A DNA stretch of 64,000 bases from Laetmonice hystrix (lineage: Eukaryota), in assembly GCA_965235115.1 (NCBI GenBank), contig OZ249436.1, forward strand, positions 50,160,001 through 50,224,000. The letters run 5' to 3'. A program made the position numbers and the translations under genes. The notes beneath the pieces were generated by a model. The model saw only the letters and a list, made by a program, of their open reading frames with translations, had not been told where the DNA came from and searched no databases. Shown in pieces: positions 51,110-63,160 of the stretch; the stretch's first letter is position 1; each line of letters opens with the position of its first letter.

Positions 51110-53529
51110 ATCTGAAATATATATTTATTAATCAGAGCCCCGTGTTCACTAATGGAGGTTTCACTAAATTACTGTACTTCAAATACACGTAAAGGATTTC
51201 ATAACATTTTCGACACCGTAGTCATCAAACCACGAGCAGAGCCCTGGTTAGGGCAAAGCCCCACCCCCCCACCCCCTCACAAGCGCTGGTAATTTAGTCT
51301 ATTTTAGAGCCTTATCTTGTCAGATGAGAAAGGTTTGCTAAACTGAAAGTAAATGAGCAATATTTTACCGATATTCCTGTGGCTTCTGTTCAATTTAGCA
51401 GGGACGGCCCAAATCTCAAAATCTGGCCTCGCAGTTTAAAAAATGGTGGAGAGCTATAAACAGTCCTCCTAAAAATGCCCAGGAGAGTGATTTGCTCTCC
51501 TGTCTAAAATTTCACTTTGTTACATCAACTGAGTGTTCCATGATTATAATCAGCATTCTCGCCAGCCTTTTTCAGCGTAGCGGGCCGCTACGCTGTGTAT
51601 AAAGCCACTACACTGTCTTTAAAGCCGCTACGTTGTCTCTTGACCAGCGTAGCGGCAAAAACTTGTCTAAATTCAACAGAACCCACAGGAATACCGGTAA
51701 AATGTCGCTTGTTTACTGGCCAGTTAAACAAACCTTTCTCATCTGACTATCTAGACCGCAAGATAAGGCTCTAAAATAGCCTAAATTACCTGAGCTTGGG
51801 GTTTGCCCCTCCTGTACCCCTAACCAGGGCTCTGCCCTTAGTTGGACCACTACGGTGTCGAAAATTTCTGGCGAGAACCCTGATAATACATTACATTGAC
51901 TGATAAATTATATTTCAGTCTTTAGATAGGGAAAAAAAAAAGAATATAACTGATACCATAAAATAATTTAAAAAATATAAAAGTATTCCTATGAGTTTTC
52001 TTGAATATTAATCTAATTGTCATTTGACTAGTATGCCATTCCAGCATCCAGCATACTAGGACAAGTGTTTGTCTACAACATTAGGTTGTTTTCGTATCCC
52101 ATGGAGCACGAAAATACATGCGCCAGCAAGAGAATTTAGGTGCACGATAGTGCCCGAGAGCAATCGCGCACCTCAAAACACAAGGCCTAGAAATTTATTT
52201 AAAATCTTCCTGGTACCAGGTACCACCCCCAAAGTTAAATGGTTGACCCCTTAGCCCTAATTATAATATACATGATGTACACGTTAGGCCTACTAGGCCT
52301 AGGGTGCACTGCAATAAAACCCAAAGATATCTTTGAAAACCCCATTGGAGCCAGGTGCGAGGTTTATTGCAACACTCGCTCTCTCCCCATCCAGACTGCA
52401 CTAGTCCCAAAGGCATCTTTGGCAAAGATATCTTTTGATATTGAAACGCACTCCAGCAAGCCTGCTATTAGCTGCTTTACACATAAATATGATTCTGTTG
52501 GAATAAGTGGGCTCACCCCAATAATTTCACTTTCTGAAAGAAAGTCGAGAATGAATATGGAAGAGAGAAAACAATCTTTTTTTGGTTCTAAGCTGTAGTT
52601 TTATACCTAAAATAAGCCAGAATGCATCTAGTCATCAATTGTCCCTGGAGTTTCCCCTAGGCCTAAACTGATGTGATAGTGTAGCCCCTCCACTCTGAAA
52701 TTGCATCCTGTTGGAATATTTACCACATCTGATGATATAATGTAGTTGGAGCATTGCTACCCTGCTCTCAGACTACCTGTACAGTGTGTACTACACACTG
52801 AATCACAATACAAAGTCCTGCCAAAACATCCACCCAATATTCATTTATTTTTCACGCAAACCATAAAAATATCTCCTTAGAGACAAAGGTTAACCAATAC
52901 ACTTTCTTGAAAACGTTAAAATATAAGTGGATGGTTTTTCTAAATGAAGGATGGTCCAGATTAAAATGGCCTATCTTCTAACGTGAATACAAATCAAAGA
53001 TGGCGACATCCATCTGCCAAACACGATGCTACCTAGATATGTTTTAAGTCCTGTACACCGGGTGCCATAACGTTGTACTCGGCAGAATTACATCAACAAC
53101 TAAAAAATAGACTTAGACATCTCTTACCTGTAGTGTGGGTAGTATCGTGCGGGAAATACTGGTACTAAGTGGAATAGGCTCACTGCAGCTTCTTGAACGG
53201 AACACGTGCCCAGCGCTGTGTTGACGACCAGTGCTCATCATAAACGAAAAAGGACGAAATACCGGATACTAGTATCACCAAGGGCCGCACTGCAGCAGCA
53301 CCTGTCTGCCGATGGGTCCCTCAAGGTGGCAGCACCTAACATTTGATCCCTCCATAAAATCGAGATAGAAGCTATCAGCACACAGGCCTGGGGATTTTTT
53401 TTGTGTGTGCAGAACATAACAAAATAAATTTAATATGTTCAACAACAACAACAAAATCTCTATGCCAGCCAATCAAAACGTATGTACGTAAGCATATTTC
53501 ACACAAAACATCCCAGTGCCTTGTCCTCA

Positions 53530-54270
53530 TAATTTCTCAGGGCTATTACTTGTAAATGATTGAAGATACAGCTATACTACTACAATTAAACACTAATAGG
53601 ATGCTCTCATTATTACCATTATTTTTTTTAGGTCATGTGACCTTCACGTCATAAGGTCACCTCTATTTTCCCAGGGCTATAACTTGTAAATGGTTGAAGA
53701 TAGATCCTTAGTTACTATTGACCACTAATAGGAAGTCATATATCCTCTTTCATTATGCACCATTACCAAAGAGTATCATTCTACACTCTTTGCCATTACT
53801 TTATACATAGGGGCAATAATAAGGGCATGTGACCTATAACGTCATAAGGAGGTCACCTAGATTTTCCAAGGGCTATAACTAGGAAATGGTTGAAGATAGA
53901 GCCATAGTTACTATTAAACACTAATAGGAAGTCATATATGGTCTTTAATTATTCATCTTTATTTTTCAGGTCACGTGACCTATGACGTCATAATGAGGTC
54001 ACCTATATTTTCTCAGGGTTATAACTTCTAAATGGTTGAAGATACAGTCAAGATTACTATTAAACACTAATAGGAAGTCATATATGATCTTTCACTATAC
54101 AGCTTTATTTTCAGGTCACGTGACCTAATGACGTTATAAGGAGGTGACCTATATTTTCCAAGGACTATAACTAGTAAATGGTTGAAGATAGAGCCATAGT
54201 CACTATTAAACACTAATAGGAAGTCATCTTTCCTTTGGCACAATATTTTTGGGGTCACGTGACCTATGAT
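53530..54270. repeat. ~146-bp tandem array 3 at the right end of the Helentron (same subtype and orientation as array 2)
   Basis: Units with GGAAGTCATATA...CAGGTCACGTGACCTATGACGTCATAA...GGTTGAAGATAGAGCCATAGTTACTATTAAACACTAATA, matching 28290-29165. Confidence 0.9.
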
Positions 54271-54825
54271 ACCCTCAATAGGTGAATGGGATACCTGTGC
54301 CCATGGCACGTTGTCACTAGTTATGCATTGCGGCTGTATGTATAGAACATCTTGTTCATTAACATCATCCATCGATCATAATAGAAAGGCATTAACCGTC
54401 TAAGTAAAGTAAACAATCTGTCGACGCGGAAGCTAGCCGTCCCGGCTGAATACAGATGTCATATAAGCGCACATTATCAATCAAGAGATGAACTAATCTA
54501 TTAAGAGCATTAAATCCTGCTCCCGTGTCACCATGAGTGCACTGAACATTGGGGATGACTTGGTGGAATTGTCGTCGTTTTGACAGACCGCCCTATATAG
54601 GAAACGATATATGGTAATCGTGGGCCGACAGATGGAGCTGCAGTCGGCACGATAGGGGATTAGTGTCCGTCGTCTCAACACATCTAGACACAACCGTATT
54701 ATTGGTTACTGCAACCTGCCTTTATCCGATTGGAAATCCTCTTGGGGAAATCCAGCTCTTGGGACGTCAAATCTAAAACAATCTAATTAGATAGTATTTA
54801 TATTGGTCATAATGCTTGATTTAGT

Positions 54826-54828
54826 TCT

Positions 54829-54875
<47 letters not shown>

Positions 54876-54942
54876 TTCTACTTCTTCCTTCTTCTTCTTC
54901 TACTACTTCTTCTTCTACTTCTTCTTCTTCTTCTTCTACTAC

Positions 54943-54974
<32 letters not shown>

Positions 54975-55130
54975 CTTCTTCTTCTTCTTCTTCTTCTTCT
55001 TCTTCTTCTTCTTCTTCTTCTTCTTCTTCTTCTTCTTCTTCTACTTCTGCTTCTTCTTCTTCTTCTTCTTCTACTTCTGCTTCTTCTTCTTCTTCTTCTT
55101 CTTCTTCTTCTTCTTCTTTTTCCTCTTCTT
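54826..55130. repeat. (CTT)n/(GAA)n microsatellite, ~300 bp
   Basis: Read directly from the sequence. Confidence 0.98.
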
Positions 55131-56154
55131 TTTCTGAAAACTCCACATATAATCACCGGGTCGGTTTGTTATAGACTTGCCGCAAGGTTGGTTGTTTTCT
55201 CCCGATACTTCGCGATACATTGCCAGGCGGAATGCTGGTGGTATTTCATTTCTCCGGGTTGGTAACACTAGACGTTTTAATCTGTCCCCAGGCTGACAGA
55301 CTGGACTGAATGAAAACCCTTCCCTATATTACCAATCACCTACAATACCCTCGACCCTCATAGTTCACCGGAATCTCGTCTTCACCAATCAACAGCTAGG
55401 TTTAGGAGCTGTCAGTCTGATCTGATCTAGTGACAGAACAATACATAATAACTCTATGTTAAAGAACCCACGTCCTGATTGGATTAGATATTTAGGGGCC
55501 TACCTCCAGCTGAGGGTCATTTTGTATCAAATGTCAGGAGGCATTCTGGTATTCATAGCCATTGGGTGGGGCTGTCGAGTGTCTTCATTTCACTAATAGT
55601 TGATTATTTGGCTCTAGAATTACCTGATATAAGCAGATTAACGATGGCAACTTACAATGAAATAATCCTTTGTTGCGATCTGGCTGCTTTATTTCAGAAT
55701 TCACCATCTCCCCAGATACATCTAGGTATATCCGGAGATTCCGGGGTTGGGCACGACACGTGAGAGGCTATTGTGGACTTCTGTTAATCGGGGAAATCTC
55801 CTAACCCCAATGAGAGTCATTAGCTTTGGCCTTGGTCCCATCACATTTATTAATAATATTCTCAGCCTCGCTAGAGGCCATATCAAAGTCATCACATGAC
55901 ACCTGTCACCACGAGGCAATGTCCGACTTAGGTCAATCAGTTGCTATCAAACATAATGAGGTGTTAGTACACCTGACCGCCTCCAGGTGGCGGTGGTGGC
56001 ATTAAAAACAATGCAGGGGCGCCCTCCAGCGGAATATCAATCCCGTTACCATATTAGAATAAATTCAGAAATTCGGTTATTCTTAAGTTGTTTCTCGGAA
56101 ACAGATGGAGTCCATGCAGTATAGGACGGGTTGATATTAACAGTGACGCATTAT

Positions 56155-56912
56155 TTAAGCATCCCGCGCCTTAGTGACGTCACCTCGGTGACTTAGGTCA
56201 CCGTCCTTGTCTCGGTCTTTCTTCTTTTTCTCTTCTCCGTGATAACGTTCGTCCTTTCTGTCCTTGCGAATTTTACTCTCGTCTCCTTTATCTGGTTGTT
56301 CCTCCCTTCTACTTGTCTGCTCCCCGGAAGTGACGTCATTACGAGTTTCCGGTGTAGCCCTTGGTGTGGACAGGTCTTTCAACGTGCACCAATCAGTGTA
56401 AATTTCATCCAGTTGGCTTATTGTTACCTTTTCCCTCTGTGCTTGGAGTTGAGACGAATTATTTGCTGAAAAGATCACAAGAGAGTATAATACCGATTAT
56501 AGGATTGTCTTTTGATGATTATCTATTAAAATTGGCCGTTATCATAGGCCTACGTAGCCTACAGGCAGTAAGGAAAACATTAATATGAAGGCTATGAATT
56601 ACTTGAATTAACAGATTGTGTATAAATTAAACTGTTATCATCAATGTAGTCAGTGTCATCAATCGCACCCTCACCATCCTCCTGCCCACCGTACTGTATT
56701 TACTGTATATAACTTTTTATATTTTATCTACCCTTCTTGTGCTTCCTCTTGGCCTTGGCTCTCCTCGACTTGATCAACTGGAGTTTCTCTTGTTCCTGCC
56801 GATCCTCCAGGGCTGCCTCCACGGCTGCCGAGTAGGTGAAGTTTATCGTGTCGCCTGGACCTACTTTATCTGTCGCCTTGCCACCCTTGCCGCCCGCCGC
56901 CGCGTGGGTCAT
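56155..56912 (-). CDS. Possible two-exon gene for a small charged protein (exons 56912-56732 and 56465-56155)
   Basis: Two adjacent minus-strand hydrophilic ORFs. A weak donor G|GTAGAT and a good acceptor TCTTTTCAG are both phase 1 and join in frame. No recognisable domain. Confidence 0.35.
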
Positions 56913-58409
56913 GACGTGACACTATACGACAGTCACCTGCAGGTCGAGAGAACCAAAAAAAAACCTGCACGATTAATTATTTAGGACGGAGTATGTTCCA
57001 GTTGTCAATTGTTATTAATGTCGTCCTTATTTTTAAATGGGGTAATGATAATGATGGTTGTCTGTAAGTCTGTCGGGACGACTGAATTCAGAGCAATCAA
57101 TTTCGTAACGATTCTTTTTTGGGGGAAAAGTGGGATCCTTTACGGGCGTCGGTAGTCCCCCAACGATCGCCTCTCCGTCCTCCACAAGATGCAAGTTTCG
57201 TGTAGGCGTGTCAATAACCCAATCCCACTGATGTCCGACAGAAGAAAGTCAGCTATCGGCGCCTCCTATAACCCTGAGACTCGAACCACGGCCTGGGCAG
57301 TACATTTATATCAAAGAAATTATTCTAGAAAAGGTTTGAAGTGACTCTAAAAATAGAAAACGGTAAAACAACCGTCTCTGTGTTCTATGATATACATTCA
57401 CTTTACTTCATAATTATGGTGTGTATAAAATTGAAGTCAATATCGAGATAAAAAAATTGCGTGCGGCTACTTATAAAACCATTTACCCCATGCAGCATAC
57501 TTTAGGAGTCCAATAGTAGATTATTAAAAATTTTAGTTAAATCAATTTCATACTAACATTATAACGGGATATGAAATATGATAATGGAAACTTCAAAAAG
57601 AGCTACAGCTCGAAACGAGAGATGCTATCCCAGACAGGGGACTATGGGAAAATTGATTTTCTTTGGTAGATATTAAATAATCATGGGCCATTAAGCAAGA
57701 TGATAGTCTCTAGGCGACCCACCTCCTTCACCTAGTGATAGTATTTTCGCTTCATGGCAATCAGTTTAGGCACATAAATGAAGTATTTTTGTACGAGACC
57801 CTTCCCCCTTGCCTCCTTGTCCATCTCCAATAGTCCTCTTACAGGGTGGCATCAATTCTGATTGATGTACCTGCCATAAACATTAAAATAATTCTCTGAC
57901 TTGTAGAATACACAGCTCAAACTCGATGGGCTGTATGGCGGCAACCCCCTATCGATCTTCGTCTGTCTCTCCTGGTGTTGTTCTCTCCATAGGTATAAGG
58001 GAAGCAAGCGTAGAATCTACAAGTCCCTCTCACGCAAGCTTGCTCTAATTTATTCTCAGTTCTACGTCTTCACTACACCTTCTGATAGGCACGAGAGGTC
58101 GGCTTGACATCTGCGTCTTCGTTCGTATATCTGGTATCTTTGACTCGGTGGCGCCTGACCACCTCAAGCAGAAAACATTCATTTCGTCGCGTTCAATTGG
58201 TAATATTAAGGGCTAGAACATGGGCATGGCGCTATTAGGATCTGGTAGTCAGTTCTGTGGGGAGATGCATTTACCCAAAAAAAAATCCCTTACAACCAAT
58301 ACTACAGAGATGCAGAGATGGGGGGCGGCGGCACCTCCACACAAAAAAGCCTATTGTGTGCAGTTTTACCCGTCGGTCCTGCTCGACCACCAAAGCTCCT
58401 TTTTTAGGG

Positions 58410-58505
58410 GAGTGACGGTGGCCGAGTGGGCATGGGTGTCGACACCTTATGCTATGCGAATGGGTGCAGTAATCTTGGGGCCGGGGTTCGATTCCTGTAG
58501 AGGAC
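58410..58505 (+). mobile_element. tRNA-derived SINE head
   Basis: A-box TGGCCGAGTGG (~58419) and B-box GGTTCGATTCC (~58486). No convincing cloverleaf. Confidence 0.55.
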
Positions 58506-59239
58506 TATACAACTTTAGGGACATTCTCTTTAGGGACATTGCCAAAGTAATTGGGTTACCCCTGATGCCCGTGCATTTCAAAAGAAAAATACGCCCTTTG
58601 AATGTGTGAAGAAAACAACACAATAATGCATTTCACCATTAGTAGTTTGAATTTACCTCGATGTGTGATATTAAGACAAATTTTGAATTGTCCTTTCCGT
58701 GATAAAGGGTGCGATAGTGATAGTGAAGAAGTTTCTCAAGTTAACCCCACGAATTACCTGTTGATCCGGGAGGTGACTAGTCCAGGTGAGACCAGGTCAA
58801 GGTGTGGGGGGTAGAGAGTGACGCCCTCATCTTAATCCGGTCGACTGGGGCGGGCTGGGGATGAGCTGTAATCGCGTGGGTGTGTCTGGATACCAACTGA
58901 CTGTAACAACAAGTTCATACACTCGACCGGACCACGCAACCCCTTGCTCGCAGTCAATGGGCGAACGTCCTAATGGCTTGTAACATCTTCATGGGGTAAT
59001 CACCTCGGTATCGTTTCATTGTTTTACTTCCACTTTTCATTGACAATCAATGCCTGTCCACCCTCGGTGTATTAAGAAAGTGTCCTAATTAGGGGAGGTG
59101 TTTTTTTCTGTTTTTGTTTAATGTAGTCACAAGGAGTCATGGTGCAGTTGGAATTCGTCAGATCTCTTCTTCACGTCTGTGCCTTCTTGGCGTCATGACG
59201 ACATGCAAACAGAAGTGTTAATCGATAAGTGCACTTTAC

Positions 59240-59674
59240 TGTCTGAATGTGAACCCACATCAATATGGAAGTAGGTGTGTGGGTCTACACGGCTGTAGTT
59301 CTGTCTGAATGTGAACCCACATCAATATGGAAGTAGGTGTGTGGGTCTACACGGCTGTAGTTCTGTCTGAATGTGAACCCACATCAATATGGAAGTAGGT
59401 GTGTGGGTCTACACGGTTGTAGTTCTGTCTGAATGTGAACCCAGATCAATATGGAAGTAGGTGTGTGGGTCTACACGGTTGTAGTTCTGCCTGAATGTGA
59501 ACCCACATCAATATGGAAGTAGGTGTGTGGGTCTACACGGTTGTAGTTCTGTCTGAATGTGAACCCACATCAATATGGAAGTAGGTGTGTGGGTCTACAC
59601 GGCTGTAGTTCTGTCTGAATGTGAACCCACATCAATATGGAAGTAGGTGTGTGGGTCTACACGGTTGTAGTTCT
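59240..59674. repeat. 62-bp minisatellite, 7 near-identical copies
   Basis: GTCTGAATGTGAACC anchors at 59241, 59303, 59365, 59427, 59489, 59551 and 59613. Confidence 0.97.
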
Positions 59675-60213
59675 TCACAAGGTCATATAGCAATGTATTG
59701 TATTCACTCGTGCTGCCTAGTTTGGTGAACGTATTTCAAAGTATAGGCGTATAAGTCTATAGTCTACCCATTCAGGGATTCGATAGAATAGACCAAGGGT
59801 GTTTACACTGTAGGCCTACTTCGGCACACCTTGAACAGTTCCCAAAGCATAAAATTATCACATAGTCACCTCAGAGCTCCTAATAAAGCATGGATGGAAC
59901 GAAAATGAGAAAAAAAATTCGTTTCAGGAAATTGCAGGCTTATAGGCCTACATCGTTCCCTCGAAATAATTAAATCATTGGGTCAAATTGGGGGTCAAAA
60001 TTACATCTAGGTTGACGAATGCCACCCTCCCTCCCCATTTTACTACTTGGAGACTAGTGGATTTCTCCAGCAGACATCATAACGGTTGTGTAGCTGGTAA
60101 TCAAACTTTCATTCAAAGAAACATAATATTTATAGTCAGCAGCAGCTGCTGCTGGTGCAGGACGTTCCTCCTTCTTCACTACTGGTGAGACGAGCCCCGG
60201 AACTGAGGTCCTG

Positions 60214-60349
60214 GGGCTCGTTGCACTAACGGTCCTAGGATCGGATTTAGGACCAGTCCGACGTAGGATTGGTCCTACCCGAATTGGGTGTTGCACTAAC
60301 GGTCTTTGATCCTCCCGTAGTACCGGTCCTATGTTAGTGCAACGGGCCC
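60214..60349. mobile_element. MITE with CTG TSD (Harbinger-like)
   Basis: GGGCTCGTTGCACTAAC / GTTAGTGCAACGGGCCC. CTG on both flanks. Confidence 0.8.
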
Positions 60350-63160
60350 CTGGATGGGACGCCCCCTACTGGACCATATCATACCTACGGCCATTCTCAC
60401 ACTCGAGTCCTTTCGGCAATCTTCGTTCGTTCGGGTAAAGTACTGTCACATACATATCACTCACGGCCCAAATAGGAACATGCGCGCCACCTACTACACC
60501 AGTGACATAAAGTAGGCCTAGGCCTATCGAAGAGGGGCGTCAAGCAGTGATATTTCATTTTTTTAAATTACGCTGGGTGTCTGCCTTTGGATTAACCACC
60601 GGTTCGGCTCGTGTCACCGGGAAATCCACCATATAGCTTCTCAAAAGAAATAGGCCTAGTTCGGCAAGCGGTGCCTGGTCCCCTGCCCAAGGTCCCGTGC
60701 AGGATCTGTAAGTGTTTATTTCAGCAAATGGGCGCGATCGTGAGCGTCACCTACGGGATCTATCCGGTAGGTGCTGCCCTCTTTTGTTTGATATTAGAGG
60801 CTTATTTATAGCAAACCAGCTTATGTTCGCTCGCGTCCGGTGGAAATCGGGGATTATAGGCTTACCAGCCGCTGGGTCATGGTTCTCCCAAACGTTGATT
60901 TTGATCTGTTGGTATACATTCGGGATTCCCCCGGGCATTTGACGTCACCTCCTGCTATTCGAATATACCCTCAGGTGAATTGAGCGCCATTATGGCAACC
61001 AGATACATGTTGAAATGGGTCTGTGTAGCGAGGCAATGAGTGAACCGTCATATCCAATCGAGCCAGGAAGTAGTGCATTATTGAAACCGGCTCCTTCAGC
61101 GTTGTATGTGCAAATATAAATTTCTGGTATGAAAGGGAACGTTTGAAGAAGAAAAATGAATCACCTAATTTATCTTAAGCGGCGTGATACGGTAATTTAT
61201 CAAATTATGGGAAGCAATATGGCCGCGCCCATGAACGACAACAACACGACACATGGTTGGGCTACTTGTATCATGAACATGATACTATCGTTATATTTCC
61301 CACTGGCTTTGGGAAAAGCACTAGAGGCTTATTTTAGTAACTTCCATGCGTGCCTGATGTAGACAAAATACTACAAGCACTGCCATGATGGCCAGAGTCC
61401 CGGCTCAATGTACCCGCGATGCAATGTATAGTCCTATACTCACTGGTAGTATTGTTAAGAGATTTTTAACCACATAAAATTATTTCCGTGGGCACTTTTG
61501 TGGTAACAGAGGATAGGCCTACACATCAAAGTCACAATATGCGGATGTAAACTCGGCCGTACTGTTCATGACCTAAATTCGTGGGAAGATAATGACCCAG
61601 CCCATCCCTCGATACCCGGGGGATCGAGCGGGATCAGACGCTACTGCTGTATCCGAACGTATGAAGGCTGCGTAATAAAGCCAAGCCGACGTCACGAGGC
61701 TGCAGCCGTGCAGCAATTATTGATTAGTAGTACGGCGTGAGACGCTCGCGTCCCCGGCAGGCAACACGGAACACGGAAACAGCCTGGAATCGTCCGAGTA
61801 GTGACCACAGAAAAACGGTAAATACAAGCGTGGAAAAGGCATAAAGTCTAGTAACGCCCTGCTTCTTCCTAGGGAGTTATATTTGCTAAAGCATGCTGAT
61901 ACCATTTTAGTTGGTATGATTGAGAGATTCTGGCAAGCCTCTGCCTTTGGATTGCTGCAGCCTGTGCACCTTCGGCTTGCTGCAGCCTGTGCACCTTCGG
62001 CTTGCTGCAGCCGGGTGCTGGCATCATTGCAAAGATGGCAGCCGAGAACATCGCATACAGATCGTGCACGAGGGGAGACGGGGCCAAGAGTGTGCACCAT
62101 TGTAATACTAGTAGGCATTCTAGTTTATTACGGTAGGGAGGGAACAGTCTGCAGACATCTTATCTTTAGGACGCTGCCGTATTTGCATGGACTTCAAGCA
62201 TAGTGTTTGCCCTGTAATCTATGTCCTACTGCATTCAAACGTTTAGTTTAACTTTAGTCCAAGGCCTATATTTTTCATCTAATTTCACATTTTCCTACTA
62301 GGCCTAGTAAGCCTACTACTAGGTCTAAGATGTGACTTTCAAAGCTTGTCTTCTAGGGTAGCAAAAGCAAGCGTCAATTGCTAATGTTAATCCTTACCCA
62401 GAAACAGTGGCGTAACTAGGTTTAAATCTGGTTTAAACGATTACATTTTAGCCTCGCATAAAGTATTCCCCTTCTTTAAATTTATTGACTAGATTTCGTG
62501 TAAATTACATGTCAAATGGGCTATCTTTTTCATACATCTTGTACCTATATTAATTACTCAATTAATGGTAGAAAGAGGGACTGTATGTCCACGATGGTAA
62601 GTAGGACAGAGATCGTGGTCAATATAATAGCATGTCTGTGTTTGTTTTGACGTCAGTCAGGCTGAACATATGGCCAGATGATGGCAATCAGTTATGTCTG
62701 TTTGAAGCGGCCATAATGCCTAGACGTAATAATGTCCCTCTTCCTAAAAAAAACTAATAATGACGACAATAACTGTTGGAAAAATACCAAATACCAAACA
62801 GATCCAAACTGGTGAGGCCTATACTCGTTGAACGTTTGGGGTCTATATCTATCCCTTTTGTGATCAAATCTAAAGCCAGGGAATGAGGGTGACTGTGTGT
62901 CGAGAATTAAATTGAATAAGACCTCCCACTGCCGAGTAGATTATTGCTAGTGCAAAGACACTTCTTTATGTAATCTGTACATTGAAATTTTCTTCTTTTA
63001 TTAGGTAGCCGATAGGTTCCCGTTGTACATGGAATGGACAACCGTTTGTATACGGAATGCGTAACGAGAAAACGAAGACGTCCGAAAAAGGTAGATTGAG
63101 CCGGATCTACATAGAGAGAAGGTGGTATTAGAAATCAGGGATCTCAGCCGCTACGTGACG

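Larger units (their letters stand above)
25441..54321 (-). mobile_element. Autonomous Helentron (Helitron2-type rolling-circle transposon), ~28.9 kb
   Basis: Left end: TATCCCATTCACC (25442-25454) within hairpin 25443-25472, then a (GTA)n microsatellite. Right end: exact reverse complement GGTGAATGGGATA (54281-54293), hairpin GTGCC-CAT-GGCAC (54297-54309), CTAG, then TT. TT at both junctions and no TSD. Encloses a Rep-Pif1-endonuclease ORF. Strand given is that of the ORF. Confidence 0.8.

Noticed and set aside
54787..55268. Poly-Glu, poly-Ser, poly-Arg and poly-Lys ORFs
   Set aside because: Translations of the (CTT)n microsatellite.
58410..58505. Functional tRNA gene
   Set aside because: A and B boxes are present but I could not build acceptor and anticodon stems, so it is treated as a SINE head.
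59240..59674. 62-bp array as CRISPR or tandem hammerhead ribozymes
   Set aside because: No variable spacers, and no CUGANGA/GAAA core seen on either strand.
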